From: Planctomycetota bacterium
GTDB taxonomy: Bacteria; Planctomycetota; PLA2; JAEUHO01
NCBI GenBank assembly: GCA_965223505.1
Contig: CBDCWP010000004.1
Coordinates: 1 to 64,000 of the forward strand
Length of the DNA: 64,000 bases
Direction of reading: 5' to 3'
The first letter of the stretch is position 1. Every line of letters starts with the position of its first letter. A program made the translations under genes and the position numbers. Under the pieces are notes generated by a model. The model saw nothing but the letters and a program-made list of their open reading frames with translations, ran no database searches and was not told the DNA's origin. Below are positions 28,041-38,282 of this stretch, in pieces.

Positions 28041-29429
28041 ATGATCGATCGTTCGCCCACGCCCGCTACGCCGTCGCGGGAGACGATCGAGCGCGTTCCG
28101 CCCCACAGCCTCAAGGCCGAGATGGCCGTGCTGGGCTCCGTCCTGCTCGCCCACGACGACGACATCATGGGCAACCTGATTCCGATTCTGCAACCCGAGG
28201 ACTTCTATCACGGCGCGCATCGGAAGCTGTTCGAGATCATCCTCTCGCTCTACGACCGGGGAAGTCCGCTCGACGTGGTGCTCGTCATGCGCGAGTGCGA
28301 GCGAACCGGCGCGCTCGAGAGCGTGGGGGGGCTGGACTACCTGACGAAGCTGCCGGAGGCGGTGTCGAGTCCCGCCAACGCGGAGCACTACGCATCGATC
28401 GTGCGCGAGCGCGGTATCGCGCGCGCGTTGATCGGCGTGACCACCGAGGTGCAACAGCTGGCGTACTCGGGCGAGGAGATCGGCGACGAGCTGCTCGACG
28501 TGGCCGAGTCGAGGGTGTTCGAGATCGGCAACCGGCGCGGCGTGGCCGAGGTACAGGGCGTCGCGGGCATCCTGCACGAGGCGATGGAGGAGCTCGACAA
28601 CGCCGACGGTCACGTCGCGGGGATCGAGACGGGCTTCTACGAGCTCGACGAGATGACGACCGGCTTCCGCCCCGGCGAGCTGATCATCATCGCGGGCCGT
28701 CCTTCGATGGGAAAGACGTCGTTCGCGTTGAACGTCGCGCTGAACGCGGCGTTGATCGGCGGCAAGTCCGTCGGAATCTTCAGCCTCGAGATGACCTCGA
28801 AGAACATCGTGCGCAACATGCTGTGCTCGCTCGCGCGCTTCCCGGGCCAGGACATGCGCAAGGCCGGCCGCGGGCAGTTCATTAGCAAGGAGCGCATGGC
28901 GGGCCTGCGCGAAGCCGCCAGCCCGCTCTTCGAAGCGCCGCTGCACATCGACGACAGCTCGACGCTCACGCCGACGCTGCTGCGCGCGAAGGCGCGCCGT
29001 CTGAAGGCCAAGCACGGACTCGACCTCATCCTGATCGACTACCTGCAGCTCATGGACGCGGGCGGCGCGGTGCGCGGCAGCGACAGCCGCCAGCAGGAGA
29101 TCTCGTACATCAGCCGTTCGCTCAAGGGGCTCGCACGCGAGCTGCAGGTGCCCGTGATCGCGCTGTCGCAGCTCAACCGCGCGGCGGAGATGCGCCAGGG
29201 CAACGAGCCCAAGCTCTCCGATCTGCGCGAGTCGGGCGCCATCGAGCAGGATGCCGACGTGATCTGCCTGCTCTACCGGAAGTTCTACTACACGCGCAGT
29301 CCGGAGGACGACGGCCTGGCCGAGGTGATCCTCGCCAAGCAGCGCAACGGCCCGACGGGCAGGGTGAAGTTGTCGTTCTTCGCCGAGTACATGCGCTTCG
29401 ACAACAACACGAGCGTCGTTACCTTCTAG
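28041..29429 (+). CDS. dnaB: Replicative DNA helicase
   Basis: PPHSLKAEMAVLG, GRPSMGKT, FSLEM, IDYLQL, LSQLNR, SDLRESGAIEQDAD, KQRNGPTG. No intein seen. Confidence 0.97.
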   Translation: MIDRSPTPATPSRETIERVPPHSLKAEMAVLGSVLLAHDDDIMGNLIPILQPEDFYHGAHRKLFEIILSLYDRGSPLDVVLVMRECERTGALESVGGLDYLTKLPEAVSSPANAEHYASIVRERGIARALIGVTTEVQQLAYSGEEIGDELLDVAESRVFEIGNRRGVAEVQGVAGILHEAMEELDNADGHVAGIETGFYELDEMTTGFRPGELIIIAGRPSMGKTSFALNVALNAALIGGKSVGIFSLEMTSKNIVRNMLCSLARFPGQDMRKAGRGQFISKERMAGLREAASPLFEAPLHIDDSSTLTPTLLRAKARRLKAKHGLDLILIDYLQLMDAGGAVRGSDSRQQEISYISRSLKGLARELQVPVIALSQLNRAAEMRQGNEPKLSDLRESGAIEQDADVICLLYRKFYYTRSPEDDGLAEVILAKQRNGPTGRVKLSFFAEYMRFDNNTSVVTF

Positions 29430-29643
29430 ATCGGGCGTTCAAGCCGGCGCGGCGCGTGACAAGACGGTGACAGTCCGAAACCGCCGTTTTCATTCGCGCG
29501 CCAACGGCACGTTCGTTCCTTCGTAGAGCGGGCAGAGGGCAGGACTACAATCGCGCCCGCTTGGGCGGGGGGCAGGCGCGTCGGGGCAGGTCTCGATTCG
29601 ACGCTGCCCCTGCAAACGGCCGTAAGGGCAGGGAGAACGCAGC

Positions 29644-32349
29644 GTGCAGCCGAGGCATCGCTCAACCGGGCGCGGATCGCCCGGCCTGCTGCGCGCCGTC
29701 TGTCTCGCACTGACGCTCCTGCCCGCGGTGGTTCTCGCGCCGGACCGCACCGCCGGCGCGGACAACCCGCCGCCGCCGCCGCCCCCGGCATGGAATCCCG
29801 ACTGGGATCGCGACCCGAGCCTGCGCCGCAAGGCGCCGCAGCCGCGCCCGCGCGGTCCCGCGCCGCGCGTTCGACCGCGCGCCCAGCCGCCGCGCTCCGG
29901 CGCCGTCGTTCGACCGCCGGCGCCCGCCCCGCAGCCGGGTGTACCGCGCCCGCGCCCCGACGAGCCGCCGCCGGATCGCGGCGACACCGGGATCGACCGC
30001 ATCCAGGGGACCGACGTCATTCGGCGCATCGAGTTCAAGGGCAACGTCCTCTACAGCGCCGAGAGCATCAAGGTCAAGCTGCTGAACAAAGAGGGGCGGC
30101 GCCTCGACAAGGCCGCGCTCGTGCGCGACATGGAGACGCTGCACAGCTTCTTCAAGTGGGTGCGCATCACGCAGGAGAACGTCGCCGGCGGCATCGTGCT
30201 GCGCTTCACCGTCTCCGAGTATCCGCTCGTCGTGCAACTCGTCATCCGCGGCGCCGAGGAGATGGACGAGTCCGAGATTCGCGGCATGATGCAGACGCGC
30301 GAGCGTTTTCCGCTCTCGCCCTATCACCTCGCCGCCGACGTCGAGAACATCGTCGAAGCCTATCGACTGCGCGGTTTCCATTTCGCGCACATTCCGGAGC
30401 CGCAGATCACGCGGCTCGCGAACGGCGGCCGCCGCATCGATCTCTCGATCGTCGAAGGTCCGGAGGTCAGTGTCGAGCGCATCATCTTCCGCGGCAACCA
30501 GCACATTCCGCGCAAGGACCTGCTCGAGGTGATGCAGACCGAGGGCCGCAGCTTCTTCGAGAACATCCTCAACTCCGGCGGCACGTTCCGCGAGGACGTG
30601 CTGCGTGAGGACCTCGTCGCCCTGAAGCGCCTCTACCGCGACGAGGGATTCCTGGACGCCGAGGTCTTCCTCGACGACCTGCGGTTCTCCGACGACAAGG
30701 AACGCGCGACCATCGTGATCGCGATCGTCGAGCACCGCGCGTACGAGGTCGGCGACGTCGAGATCATCATCGAGCGCGTCGAGGCCGGGGAGTCGGGAAG
30801 TCCGCCGCCCGAAGACGTCGCCTTCTTCACCGAGGAGCGCATCAGGAACATCATCGGCTGTCGGACCGGTGCACGCTTCTCGGGCAAGAAGCTCACGGAA
30901 GGACTGGAAGCCGTTCGCGACGCCTACTTCGCGCGGTCGTATCTCGAGGCGGTCGTGCGAACGCCCGTGCAGCGCGGCCGGCAGAACGAGCTCGTCGTCG
31001 ACCTCGAGATCACGATCGTGGAAGGTCGCAAGCAGCGCCTGGCGCGTGTCGACTTCTACGGCAACGAGTTCACGCGCGACAAGATCCTCCGTCGTGAGGT
31101 CAAGCTGTCCCCGGGCGGCTACATCGATCGCGGCGAGCTGCAACGCGCTCGGGAGCGCCTGCAACGCACGCGCTTCTTCGACCGCGTCTCGATGCGCATG
31201 GAAGACGCCGTCGGTCCGGACGGGGAGCCGATGGACGGCTGGAAGTCGGTCGCCTACGAGGTGATCGAGGCCAAGACCGGCAACTTCAACTTCGGGATCG
31301 GTATCAGCACGAACAGCGGCGCGTTCGGCAGCATCACGTTCAACAAGCGCAACTTCGACATCGCCCGGCCCCCCCGGTCGCTCGATGAGGTCTTCTCGCG
31401 GCGCGCCTTCACCGGCGCGGGGCAGAATTTCAACGTCCTTCTGCGCCCGAGCACCGAGCAGAGCCAGTTCCGCGTCGGCTTCGCGGAGCCGCGGCTCTTC
31501 GGCACCATGCTCTCGTTCAACGCGGAGATCTTCAGCCTCCTCGCGGTGCGCGAGAGCTACGACGAGGCGGTGTACGGCTACCGCGTCGGTTTCGGCTACC
31601 CGCTCTACCTCGCGCCGGACGAGACCTCCGCGCTCACCGCCGGCATCTCCTGGCGTCACCAGCGCTCCGACATCAACGACATCGAGCCGGACGCGGTGCC
31701 CGGCGCGTTCCTGTTCGCATCGCAGCAGGAGACCCGCGCGGTGCGCTTCGACCTGAGCTACGGCAAGCAGGAGAAGCGCGTCGACCCGATCTGGTCCTGG
31801 ACCCTCGCCACACAGGCGGAGCTCGCCGGCACCGTGTTCGGGGGCGACCTCGACTTCGTCAAGGTCATTGCGCAGCTCAACGCCATCTACACGGTGTTCG
31901 AAGACGACGAGGGCAAGAAGCACCGCGTCTCTTTCAAGTCGCTGGCGCGTTGGGCGGAGGCCCTCGAGGACACGCCGGAGCTGCCGCCCAACGAGCGCTT
32001 CTACGCCGGCGGCACCACCTTCCGCGGCTTCGAGTTCCGCGGCGTCGGTCCTCACGCCAACGGGCAACCGATGGGCGGCGAGTGGGCGCTCGTGAACCAG
32101 CTCGAGTACGAGTATCCGCTCATCGCGAGGACGCTCAGCGTCGTCGCCTTCACCGACTTCGGCACGCTCGGCACGAACATCTACGAGGACGACGCGTTTC
32201 GGTGGCGCTGGACCGCCGGCCTCGGCCTGCGAATCGTGATTCCGTTCTTGGGCGAGCGCCCGCTGGCCTTCGACTTCGCCCTGCCGATCTTCAAGGAGAG
32301 CGAGGACGAGCGCGGGCTCGTCTCGTTCAGCGTCGGCCGCGATTTCTAG
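29644..32349 (+). CDS. bamA: Outer-membrane protein assembly factor BamA
   Basis: POTRA repeats (IEFKGN, IIFRGN, FYGNEFTRDKILRRE), FYAGG..FRGF, C-terminal F. Pro-rich N-terminal linker. Confidence 0.92.
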   Translation: MQPRHRSTGRGSPGLLRAVCLALTLLPAVVLAPDRTAGADNPPPPPPPAWNPDWDRDPSLRRKAPQPRPRGPAPRVRPRAQPPRSGAVVRPPAPAPQPGVPRPRPDEPPPDRGDTGIDRIQGTDVIRRIEFKGNVLYSAESIKVKLLNKEGRRLDKAALVRDMETLHSFFKWVRITQENVAGGIVLRFTVSEYPLVVQLVIRGAEEMDESEIRGMMQTRERFPLSPYHLAADVENIVEAYRLRGFHFAHIPEPQITRLANGGRRIDLSIVEGPEVSVERIIFRGNQHIPRKDLLEVMQTEGRSFFENILNSGGTFREDVLREDLVALKRLYRDEGFLDAEVFLDDLRFSDDKERATIVIAIVEHRAYEVGDVEIIIERVEAGESGSPPPEDVAFFTEERIRNIIGCRTGARFSGKKLTEGLEAVRDAYFARSYLEAVVRTPVQRGRQNELVVDLEITIVEGRKQRLARVDFYGNEFTRDKILRREVKLSPGGYIDRGELQRARERLQRTRFFDRVSMRMEDAVGPDGEPMDGWKSVAYEVIEAKTGNFNFGIGISTNSGAFGSITFNKRNFDIARPPRSLDEVFSRRAFTGAGQNFNVLLRPSTEQSQFRVGFAEPRLFGTMLSFNAEIFSLLAVRESYDEAVYGYRVGFGYPLYLAPDETSALTAGISWRHQRSDINDIEPDAVPGAFLFASQQETRAVRFDLSYGKQEKRVDPIWSWTLATQAELAGTVFGGDLDFVKVIAQLNAIYTVFEDDEGKKHRVSFKSLARWAEALEDTPELPPNERFYAGGTTFRGFEFRGVGPHANGQPMGGEWALVNQLEYEYPLIARTLSVVAFTDFGTLGTNIYEDDAFRWRWTAGLGLRIVIPFLGERPLAFDFALPIFKESEDERGLVSFSVGRDF

Positions 32350-32438
32350 CCGCTTGTGAGCCGTCCGGGATTCCCGTGAAGCCCACCGGGTCACAGGCGA
32401 CAATGTTCCGAACCACCATCTTCCTGGGAGGAAACCCG

Positions 32439-33005
32439 ATGCACCGCGTCGTGCTGGTTCTCATCTTGAGCGCACTCTTGTTCTCCGGCCGGTCCCTCGA
32501 CGTCGCCGAAGCCGCGCCCGTTTCCAATGCCGCGGTCGTCGACATGCTCACGCTGATCGAGGCGCACCCGGAGACCGCGTTGATCCGTCAGAAGTTCGAC
32601 AACGCGAAGAAGAAGGCGCAGGAGAACTTCGATCGCTCGAAGGCCGACATCGACAAGGCGCAAAAGGAGCTGGTCGCCATGGGAAAGAAGGACCCCCGGC
32701 GCAGGGCCAAGGAGAACCAGATCCTGATGCAGGTGGTGCAGGCCGAGCACAAGGCCAAGCGCGCCGTTCAGATCGCCCACCAGGACTACATGGACGATCT
32801 CGAGTCGGTGTTCAAGGCCGTCCGGTCCGTCGTGGCCGACTACGCGCGGCGCAACGGCATTCAGCTCGTCCTCCAGAAGACGGAGGACGACCTGAGCCCG
32901 AAGGACGAGCAGGACTACATCTGGAAGGTTGCACTCCGCTCGGTGGTGTACTACGAGCCCGAGCTCGACATCACCGAGGCGGTGGAGGCGGAGCTCAAGA
33001 AGTAG
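32439..33005 (+). CDS. skp: OmpH/Skp periplasmic chaperone
   Basis: Signal peptide, AVVDM, coiled coil, LDITEAV; located after bamA. Confidence 0.85.
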   Translation: MHRVVLVLILSALLFSGRSLDVAEAAPVSNAAVVDMLTLIEAHPETALIRQKFDNAKKKAQENFDRSKADIDKAQKELVAMGKKDPRRRAKENQILMQVVQAEHKAKRAVQIAHQDYMDDLESVFKAVRSVVADYARRNGIQLVLQKTEDDLSPKDEQDYIWKVALRSVVYYEPELDITEAVEAELKK

Positions 33006-33010
33006 GCACG

Positions 33011-34333
33011 ATGTCGCGGAAGCAGCGCACCGTCAAACGCGAGGGTGAGATCGGAGGGATCGGACTCCACTCCGGCCGCGAGGCGGTGCTGCACATCGAG
33101 CCCGCGGAGCCCGACACCGGCGTCACCTTCGTGCGCACCGACCTCGAGGGCGCGCCGCGCATCGCAGCACAGGCGGAGAACCTGCGCGACGAGCGGCGCC
33201 GGACCGCGCTTGTGGGAGAGCGCGGCGCCGACGTCCACACGGTCGAGCACTTCCTCGCGTGCTGCACCGCGCTCGGCGTCGACAACCTGGTCGTCAAGAT
33301 CAGCGGCCCGGAGTGCCCGGGGCTCGACGGATCGGCCAGGGAGTTCCTCGCCGTGCTCGAGGACCTCGAGCCGGAGGAACAGGATGCCGAGCGTCCGACG
33401 GTGCAGGTCCCGCATCCAGTCGCGGTCGAGGCCGGCAACGGCGCGTCGCTGGTCGCGTTTCCGGCGAGCGACGGCCTGACCGTCTCGTACACGCTCGACT
33501 ACGGCCACAGCTATCTCGACACGCAGCACTTCTCGGTGCGCGTCGATGCCGACACGTTCAAGAACGAGGTCGCCGGTGCCCGCACGTTCTGTCTCGAGTC
33601 CGAGGCCGAGGCGCTGCGCGCGGCCAATCTCGGTCTGGGGGCGTCGTATGAGAACACCCTCGTCGTCGGCGAAGAGGGCGTGATCGACAACACGCTGCGC
33701 TGGCCGGACGAGTTCGCCCGCCACAAGACCCTCGACCTGCTCGGCGACCTGTTCCTGCTCGGCGCCGACCTGAACGCGCACGTGGTGGCCTACCGCAGCG
33801 GACACGCCGCCAACCTCGACCTCGTCAAGGCGCTGCGATCGGAAGCACGGCGCGCGGAGGAGGCCGCGAAGGCGCCGGCGAAGCCGTCGCAGACCGCGCT
33901 CAATCCCGTGCAGATCCGCCGCATCCTGCCGCACCGCTACCCGTTCCTGCTCGTGGACCGCGTCATCGAGGTCGACGGCTTCCAGCGCGCGGTGGGGGTG
34001 AAGAACGTCAGCGTCAACGAGCCGTTCTTCCAGGGCCACTACCCGTCCGAGCCGATCATGCCGGGCGTGCTCATTCTCGAGGCGATGGCCCAGCTCGCCG
34101 GCATCCTCCTGCTGCGCAAGCTCGAGCTGACGGGGCGCGTCCCCGTGCTTCTGTCCATCGACCGGGTTAAGTTTCGGCGCGCAGTGGTACCGGGAGACCA
34201 GATTCGGTTGGAAGCCCAGACGCTCAGAGTGTCCAGCGGCCGCGGCCGCGTGAAGTGCCGTTCGACGGTGGACGGCCGCCTCGTCTCCGAGGCACGGCTC
34301 AACTTCGCCATGGCGGAGCCGCCCAGCGCATGA
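33011..34333 (+). CDS. lpxC-fabZ: Bifunctional LpxC-FabZ fusion
   Basis: LpxC motifs GIGLHSG, TVEH, ARTF, RHKTLDLLGD followed in frame by FabZ motifs LPHRYPFLLVD, FFQGHYP, PGVLILEAMAQ. Confidence 0.95.
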   Translation: MSRKQRTVKREGEIGGIGLHSGREAVLHIEPAEPDTGVTFVRTDLEGAPRIAAQAENLRDERRRTALVGERGADVHTVEHFLACCTALGVDNLVVKISGPECPGLDGSAREFLAVLEDLEPEEQDAERPTVQVPHPVAVEAGNGASLVAFPASDGLTVSYTLDYGHSYLDTQHFSVRVDADTFKNEVAGARTFCLESEAEALRAANLGLGASYENTLVVGEEGVIDNTLRWPDEFARHKTLDLLGDLFLLGADLNAHVVAYRSGHAANLDLVKALRSEARRAEEAAKAPAKPSQTALNPVQIRRILPHRYPFLLVDRVIEVDGFQRAVGVKNVSVNEPFFQGHYPSEPIMPGVLILEAMAQLAGILLLRKLELTGRVPVLLSIDRVKFRRAVVPGDQIRLEAQTLRVSSGRGRVKCRSTVDGRLVSEARLNFAMAEPPSA

Positions 34334-35145
34334 CGACGCTCGCCCATCCCACGGCCGTCATCGACGACGCTGCCGAGCTCGCCGAAGACGTGGTCGTCGG
34401 CGCCCGCTGCGTGATCCAGGGGCCGGTCAAGATCGGCGCGGGCACGTTCCTGCACCCGCACGTCACCATCATGGGCGACACGACGATGGGGCGGAACAAC
34501 CACTTGTTCCCCGGCGCCGTCATCGGCGCGCCGCCGCAGGACCTCAAGTACGGCGGCGAGCGAACGAAGCTCGTGATCGGCGACCGCAACCACTTCCGCG
34601 AGCACGTGACCGTCCACCCCGGCACGACCCAGGGCGGCGGCGTCACGCGGATCGGGTCGAACAACCTCTTCATGGTGGGCTGCCACGTCGCGCACGACTG
34701 CACCATCGGCAACAACGTCGTGCTCTCGAATCACGTGCTGCTCGCCGGGCACATCATCGTGAAGGACGGCGCCATCATGAACGGCGCGAGCGCCTCGCAT
34801 CACTTCACGACGGTCGGCCGGCTCTCCTATGTCGGCGGGCTCACGCGCATCACGCAGGACGTGCACCCCTTCACCGTCGTCGAAGGGCATCCGGCCCGCA
34901 TTCGCGCGGCGAACGTGATCGGCATGCAGCGCGCGGGGTTCGCCCCCGAGGACATCGAGCTCATCAAGCGCACCGTCTACTCGATCTTCATCTCGGACAA
35001 GCTGAGCGCGTCGGACGCGATCCGGCGGGCCGAAGAGAAGCACGGGAACAACCCGCACATCGTCGAGCTGATCGCGTCGATCCGCGCGCAGCAGGCGGGC
35101 CGGCAGGGACGCGCGGCCGAAGCGCCGCGGGAGGATCGCGCGTGA
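34330..35145 (+). CDS. lpxA: UDP-GlcNAc acyltransferase LpxA
   Basis: Hexapeptide repeats, PQDLKY, REHVTVHPGT, HVAHDC. Confidence 0.95.
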   Translation: MTTLAHPTAVIDDAAELAEDVVVGARCVIQGPVKIGAGTFLHPHVTIMGDTTMGRNNHLFPGAVIGAPPQDLKYGGERTKLVIGDRNHFREHVTVHPGTTQGGGVTRIGSNNLFMVGCHVAHDCTIGNNVVLSNHVLLAGHIIVKDGAIMNGASASHHFTTVGRLSYVGGLTRITQDVHPFTVVEGHPARIRAANVIGMQRAGFAPEDIELIKRTVYSIFISDKLSASDAIRRAEEKHGNNPHIVELIASIRAQQAGRQGRAAEAPREDRA

Positions 35146-36191
35146 GTGACGTTGCGGTCAACGGCGGAGGCTCGATCGGCGCGGCCGTGATCGGCGTCGG
35201 CTCGTTCGGCCGCCACCACGCGCGCATCTACAACGAGCTCGCGTCGGACGGCGTCCGCCTCCTCGGTCTCGTCGACACCGACGTGGAGAGTCCGCGCGAG
35301 CTCTCGACGCGGTTGAACGTGCCGCTCGTTCGGTCGCTGAGCGAGCTCGGCGCCGTGCCCGACGTCGTCTCGATCGCCGTGCCGACGACCGATCACCGGC
35401 GTGTCGCCGAGCCGCTGCTTCGAAGCGGCGTGCACTGTCTCGTCGAGAAGCCCCTCGCGGGCAGCACCAGTGACGCCCGCGCGCTCGTCGAAGCCGCCGA
35501 AGCCGGCGGCGCGCATCTGCAGGTCGGGCTGGTCGAGCGCTTCAATCCGGTGCTTTCGGCGCTCGATCGGCTGGGGGAGCCGCCGGTCTACATCGAGGTC
35601 CACCGCCTGGCGCCCTTCGCTTTCCGTGCGACCGACGTCGGCGTCGTGATGGACATGATGATCCACGATCTCGACATCCTGAATCACCTCGTGGGCGAGG
35701 AAGCCTGCGACGTCCAGGCGGTCGGGGTGCGGGTCTCCGGCGGACAGGAGGACATCGCCAATGCGCGGGTGATCTTCCCGTCGGGCTGCGTGGCCAACGT
35801 GACGGCCAGCCGCGTCTCCCAGCGCCGGATGCGACGCATCCGGATCTTCTCGCACAACGCCTACCTGCGGCTGGACTACGACAAGCGCGAGGCGCGGCTG
35901 GTGCGCTCGTCGCGTTCGGTCCGGGATTGGAACGACCGCCTGCGCGACATGGCCGCCCGGGGCGCGGGCCTGGAGCCCGACGAGGGCGGCGCCGGGGACG
36001 ACCTGGAGGCGCGCCTGGAGATCGAGCTGCTGCCGATCCAGGACGCCGAGCCCCTGCGCGAGGAGATCAGCGCCCTGGTGCGGGCCGTGCGCACGGGCCG
36101 GGCGCCGGCGGTGGGGGGCAGCGAGGGGCTGCGGGCGCTTCGGCTCGCGGAGCGCATCCTGGCCGAGATCCGGGCCGGCGAGCCCTCCTGA
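35142..36191 (+). CDS. Gfo/Idh/MocA oxidoreductase, GnnA-like
   Basis: GVGSFGRHH, VEKP, ERFNP, DMMIHDLD, TASRVS; coupled to lpxA. Confidence 0.85.
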   Translation: MSDVAVNGGGSIGAAVIGVGSFGRHHARIYNELASDGVRLLGLVDTDVESPRELSTRLNVPLVRSLSELGAVPDVVSIAVPTTDHRRVAEPLLRSGVHCLVEKPLAGSTSDARALVEAAEAGGAHLQVGLVERFNPVLSALDRLGEPPVYIEVHRLAPFAFRATDVGVVMDMMIHDLDILNHLVGEEACDVQAVGVRVSGGQEDIANARVIFPSGCVANVTASRVSQRRMRRIRIFSHNAYLRLDYDKREARLVRSSRSVRDWNDRLRDMAARGAGLEPDEGGAGDDLEARLEIELLPIQDAEPLREEISALVRAVRTGRAPAVGGSEGLRALRLAERILAEIRAGEPS

Positions 36192-36368
36192 GCCCCCGAA
36201 TTGGGGCCCCTTCCGGGGCGGGCAACGACCCCTCCATCCGTAGACCCTCTGTGGGGGTCGGGCTACACTCCGCCGCTTGACTCCGCTTTTTGGCGCGGGG
36301 TCGCGAAACACCCAGTTTGGCCGCCTCCATGGGGCGGGCCGGTGCGTCCCCCGGGGCGCCCAAGAGGA

Positions 36369-37328
36369 ATGGCGTTGGCGAACATCACGCTCGAGCAGCT
36401 TCTGGAGAACGGCGTCCACTTCGGTCACCGCGCAAGTCGGTGGAATCCGAAGATGCGGCCGTTCATCCACAGCAAGAAGAACCAGATCCACATCATCGAC
36501 CTGCGTGAGACCGTCCGCGGCCTCCTGCAGTCGCGTCACTACCTCCAGGCCGTGTCCGCACAGGGCGGGCGCGTCATGTGGGTTGGCACCAAGCGCTCGG
36601 CCAAGGAAGCCATTCGCGGCGTCGCCCAGCGCACCAAACAGCCCTTCGTGACGGAGCGTTGGCTCGGCGGCACGCTGACCAACTTCAAGACGATTCGCAG
36701 CCGCCTCGGCAGGTTGCAGGAGCTCGAGGGCCTGGAGGCCGACGGCACGTTCGAGGTGCTGTCCAAGAAGCAGCAGTCGCGCCACCGCATCGAGAAGAAG
36801 AAGATCCTCAAGAACCTCGAGGGCATTCGCGAGCTCGAGCAGCTGCCCGCGTGCCTGGTCGTCGTCGACCCCAAGCACGAGCACATCGCGGTCGCCGAGG
36901 CGAACAAGATGCGCATTCCGGTGCTGGCGGTGCTCGACACCGACTGCGACCCGGACAGCGTCGACATCACGATTCCCGGCAACGACGACGCCATGCGTTC
37001 GGTCAACGTGTTGCTCAACCTCCTCGCCGACGCGGTGGAGGAAGGCAACAAGACGTGGGCCGTCGTGAAGGCCGAGCAGGAGCGGCAGCAGGCCGCGCTG
37101 CGCGCCGAAGAGGAACAGCGCCGCGCCGCCGATCGCCAGCGCCAGCAGGTGACCGAGGACTGGCAGCGCAAGCTTCGCGAAGAGGCCGACAAGAGTCGCG
37201 CGGTGAAGACCGACGACGCGCCGGCGCCCGCGGAAACGCCCGCGGAGGACGCTTCCAAGGAGGACGCTCCCGAGGCGGATGCGCCCAAGACGGACGCGCC
37301 TGCAGCGGAAGAAGCGCCGAGCGAGTAG
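36369..37328 (+). CDS. rpsB: 30S ribosomal protein uS2
   Basis: GVHFGH, WNPKM, RWLGGTLTNF, IPGNDDA. Confidence 0.97.
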   Translation: MALANITLEQLLENGVHFGHRASRWNPKMRPFIHSKKNQIHIIDLRETVRGLLQSRHYLQAVSAQGGRVMWVGTKRSAKEAIRGVAQRTKQPFVTERWLGGTLTNFKTIRSRLGRLQELEGLEADGTFEVLSKKQQSRHRIEKKKILKNLEGIRELEQLPACLVVVDPKHEHIAVAEANKMRIPVLAVLDTDCDPDSVDITIPGNDDAMRSVNVLLNLLADAVEEGNKTWAVVKAEQERQQAALRAEEEQRRAADRQRQQVTEDWQRKLREEADKSRAVKTDDAPAPAETPAEDASKEDAPEADAPKTDAPAAEEAPSE

Positions 37329-37427
37329 CGTGCGGTGCGCTTTCTTCGGAAAGCACTGACATGGTTGGGGCGAGCGATCGCTCGCCTGGGTCGCGGACTG
37401 CGACGAACGACGACGGAGACCGACGAG

Positions 37428-38282
37428 ATGAGCATTAGCGCTAAGCAGGTGATGGAGCTGCGTGCGGCGACGGGCCTCGGCATGATGAAGTGCAAGCAGG
37501 CCCTGATCGACACCGACGGCGACTTCGAGAAGGCCCAGGAGCTGCTTCGCAAGGAGCTCGGCAAGGCGGCCGAGAAGAAGGCGGGGCGCAAGACGGGCGA
37601 AGGCCTCGTACGCGTGAAGATGTCGGACGACAACAAGACCGGCACCGCGGTCGTCGTGCTGTGCGAGACCGAGCCGGTCAAGAACACGCCGATGTTCATC
37701 GAGTTCGTCGACAAGGTGGTCGGCATCGCGTTCGAGAACGGCGCTGCGACCGTCGAGGAGCTCGAAGCTCTGCCGTGGCCGGGCGACGAGCCCACCGTCG
37801 GCGAGGCGCTCAAGGCGCTCATCGGCACCATCGGCGAGAACATGAAGCTGGCCAACGTCGCGCGCCTGACCGCCACGAACGGTGGCTACGTCGGCTCGTA
37901 CGTGCACTTCAACGACAAGATCGGCGTGCTGATCTCGCTGAGCGGCGACGCCGAGGACAAGGCGGAAGCGGCCAAGGAGATCGGCATGCACCTGTCGTTC
38001 GGCAAGCCGCAGGCGATGTCGCGCGACGAGATTCCGGCGGACGAGGTCGAGAAGGAGCTCAGCTTCCTGCGCGAGCAGATCGCCGAGGATCCGAAGATGA
38101 AGGGCAAGCCCGAGCAGGCGATCGAAGGCATCGTCCAGGGCCGGCTCAACAAGAACTTCTTCGGGGAGCGCGTCTTCCTCGAGCAGGCCTGGTCGCGCGA
38201 CCCGAGCAAGAAGGTCAAGGCGGCGCTCGACGAGCTGAAGGTCGCCGTCCACGAATACGCCGTCCTGCAGGTCGGGGGCTAA
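37428..38282 (+). CDS. tsf: Elongation factor Ts
   Basis: ELRAATGLGMMKCKQAL, CETEPV, IGENMKL. Confidence 0.95.
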   Translation: MSISAKQVMELRAATGLGMMKCKQALIDTDGDFEKAQELLRKELGKAAEKKAGRKTGEGLVRVKMSDDNKTGTAVVVLCETEPVKNTPMFIEFVDKVVGIAFENGAATVEELEALPWPGDEPTVGEALKALIGTIGENMKLANVARLTATNGGYVGSYVHFNDKIGVLISLSGDAEDKAEAAKEIGMHLSFGKPQAMSRDEIPADEVEKELSFLREQIAEDPKMKGKPEQAIEGIVQGRLNKNFFGERVFLEQAWSRDPSKKVKAALDELKVAVHEYAVLQVGG

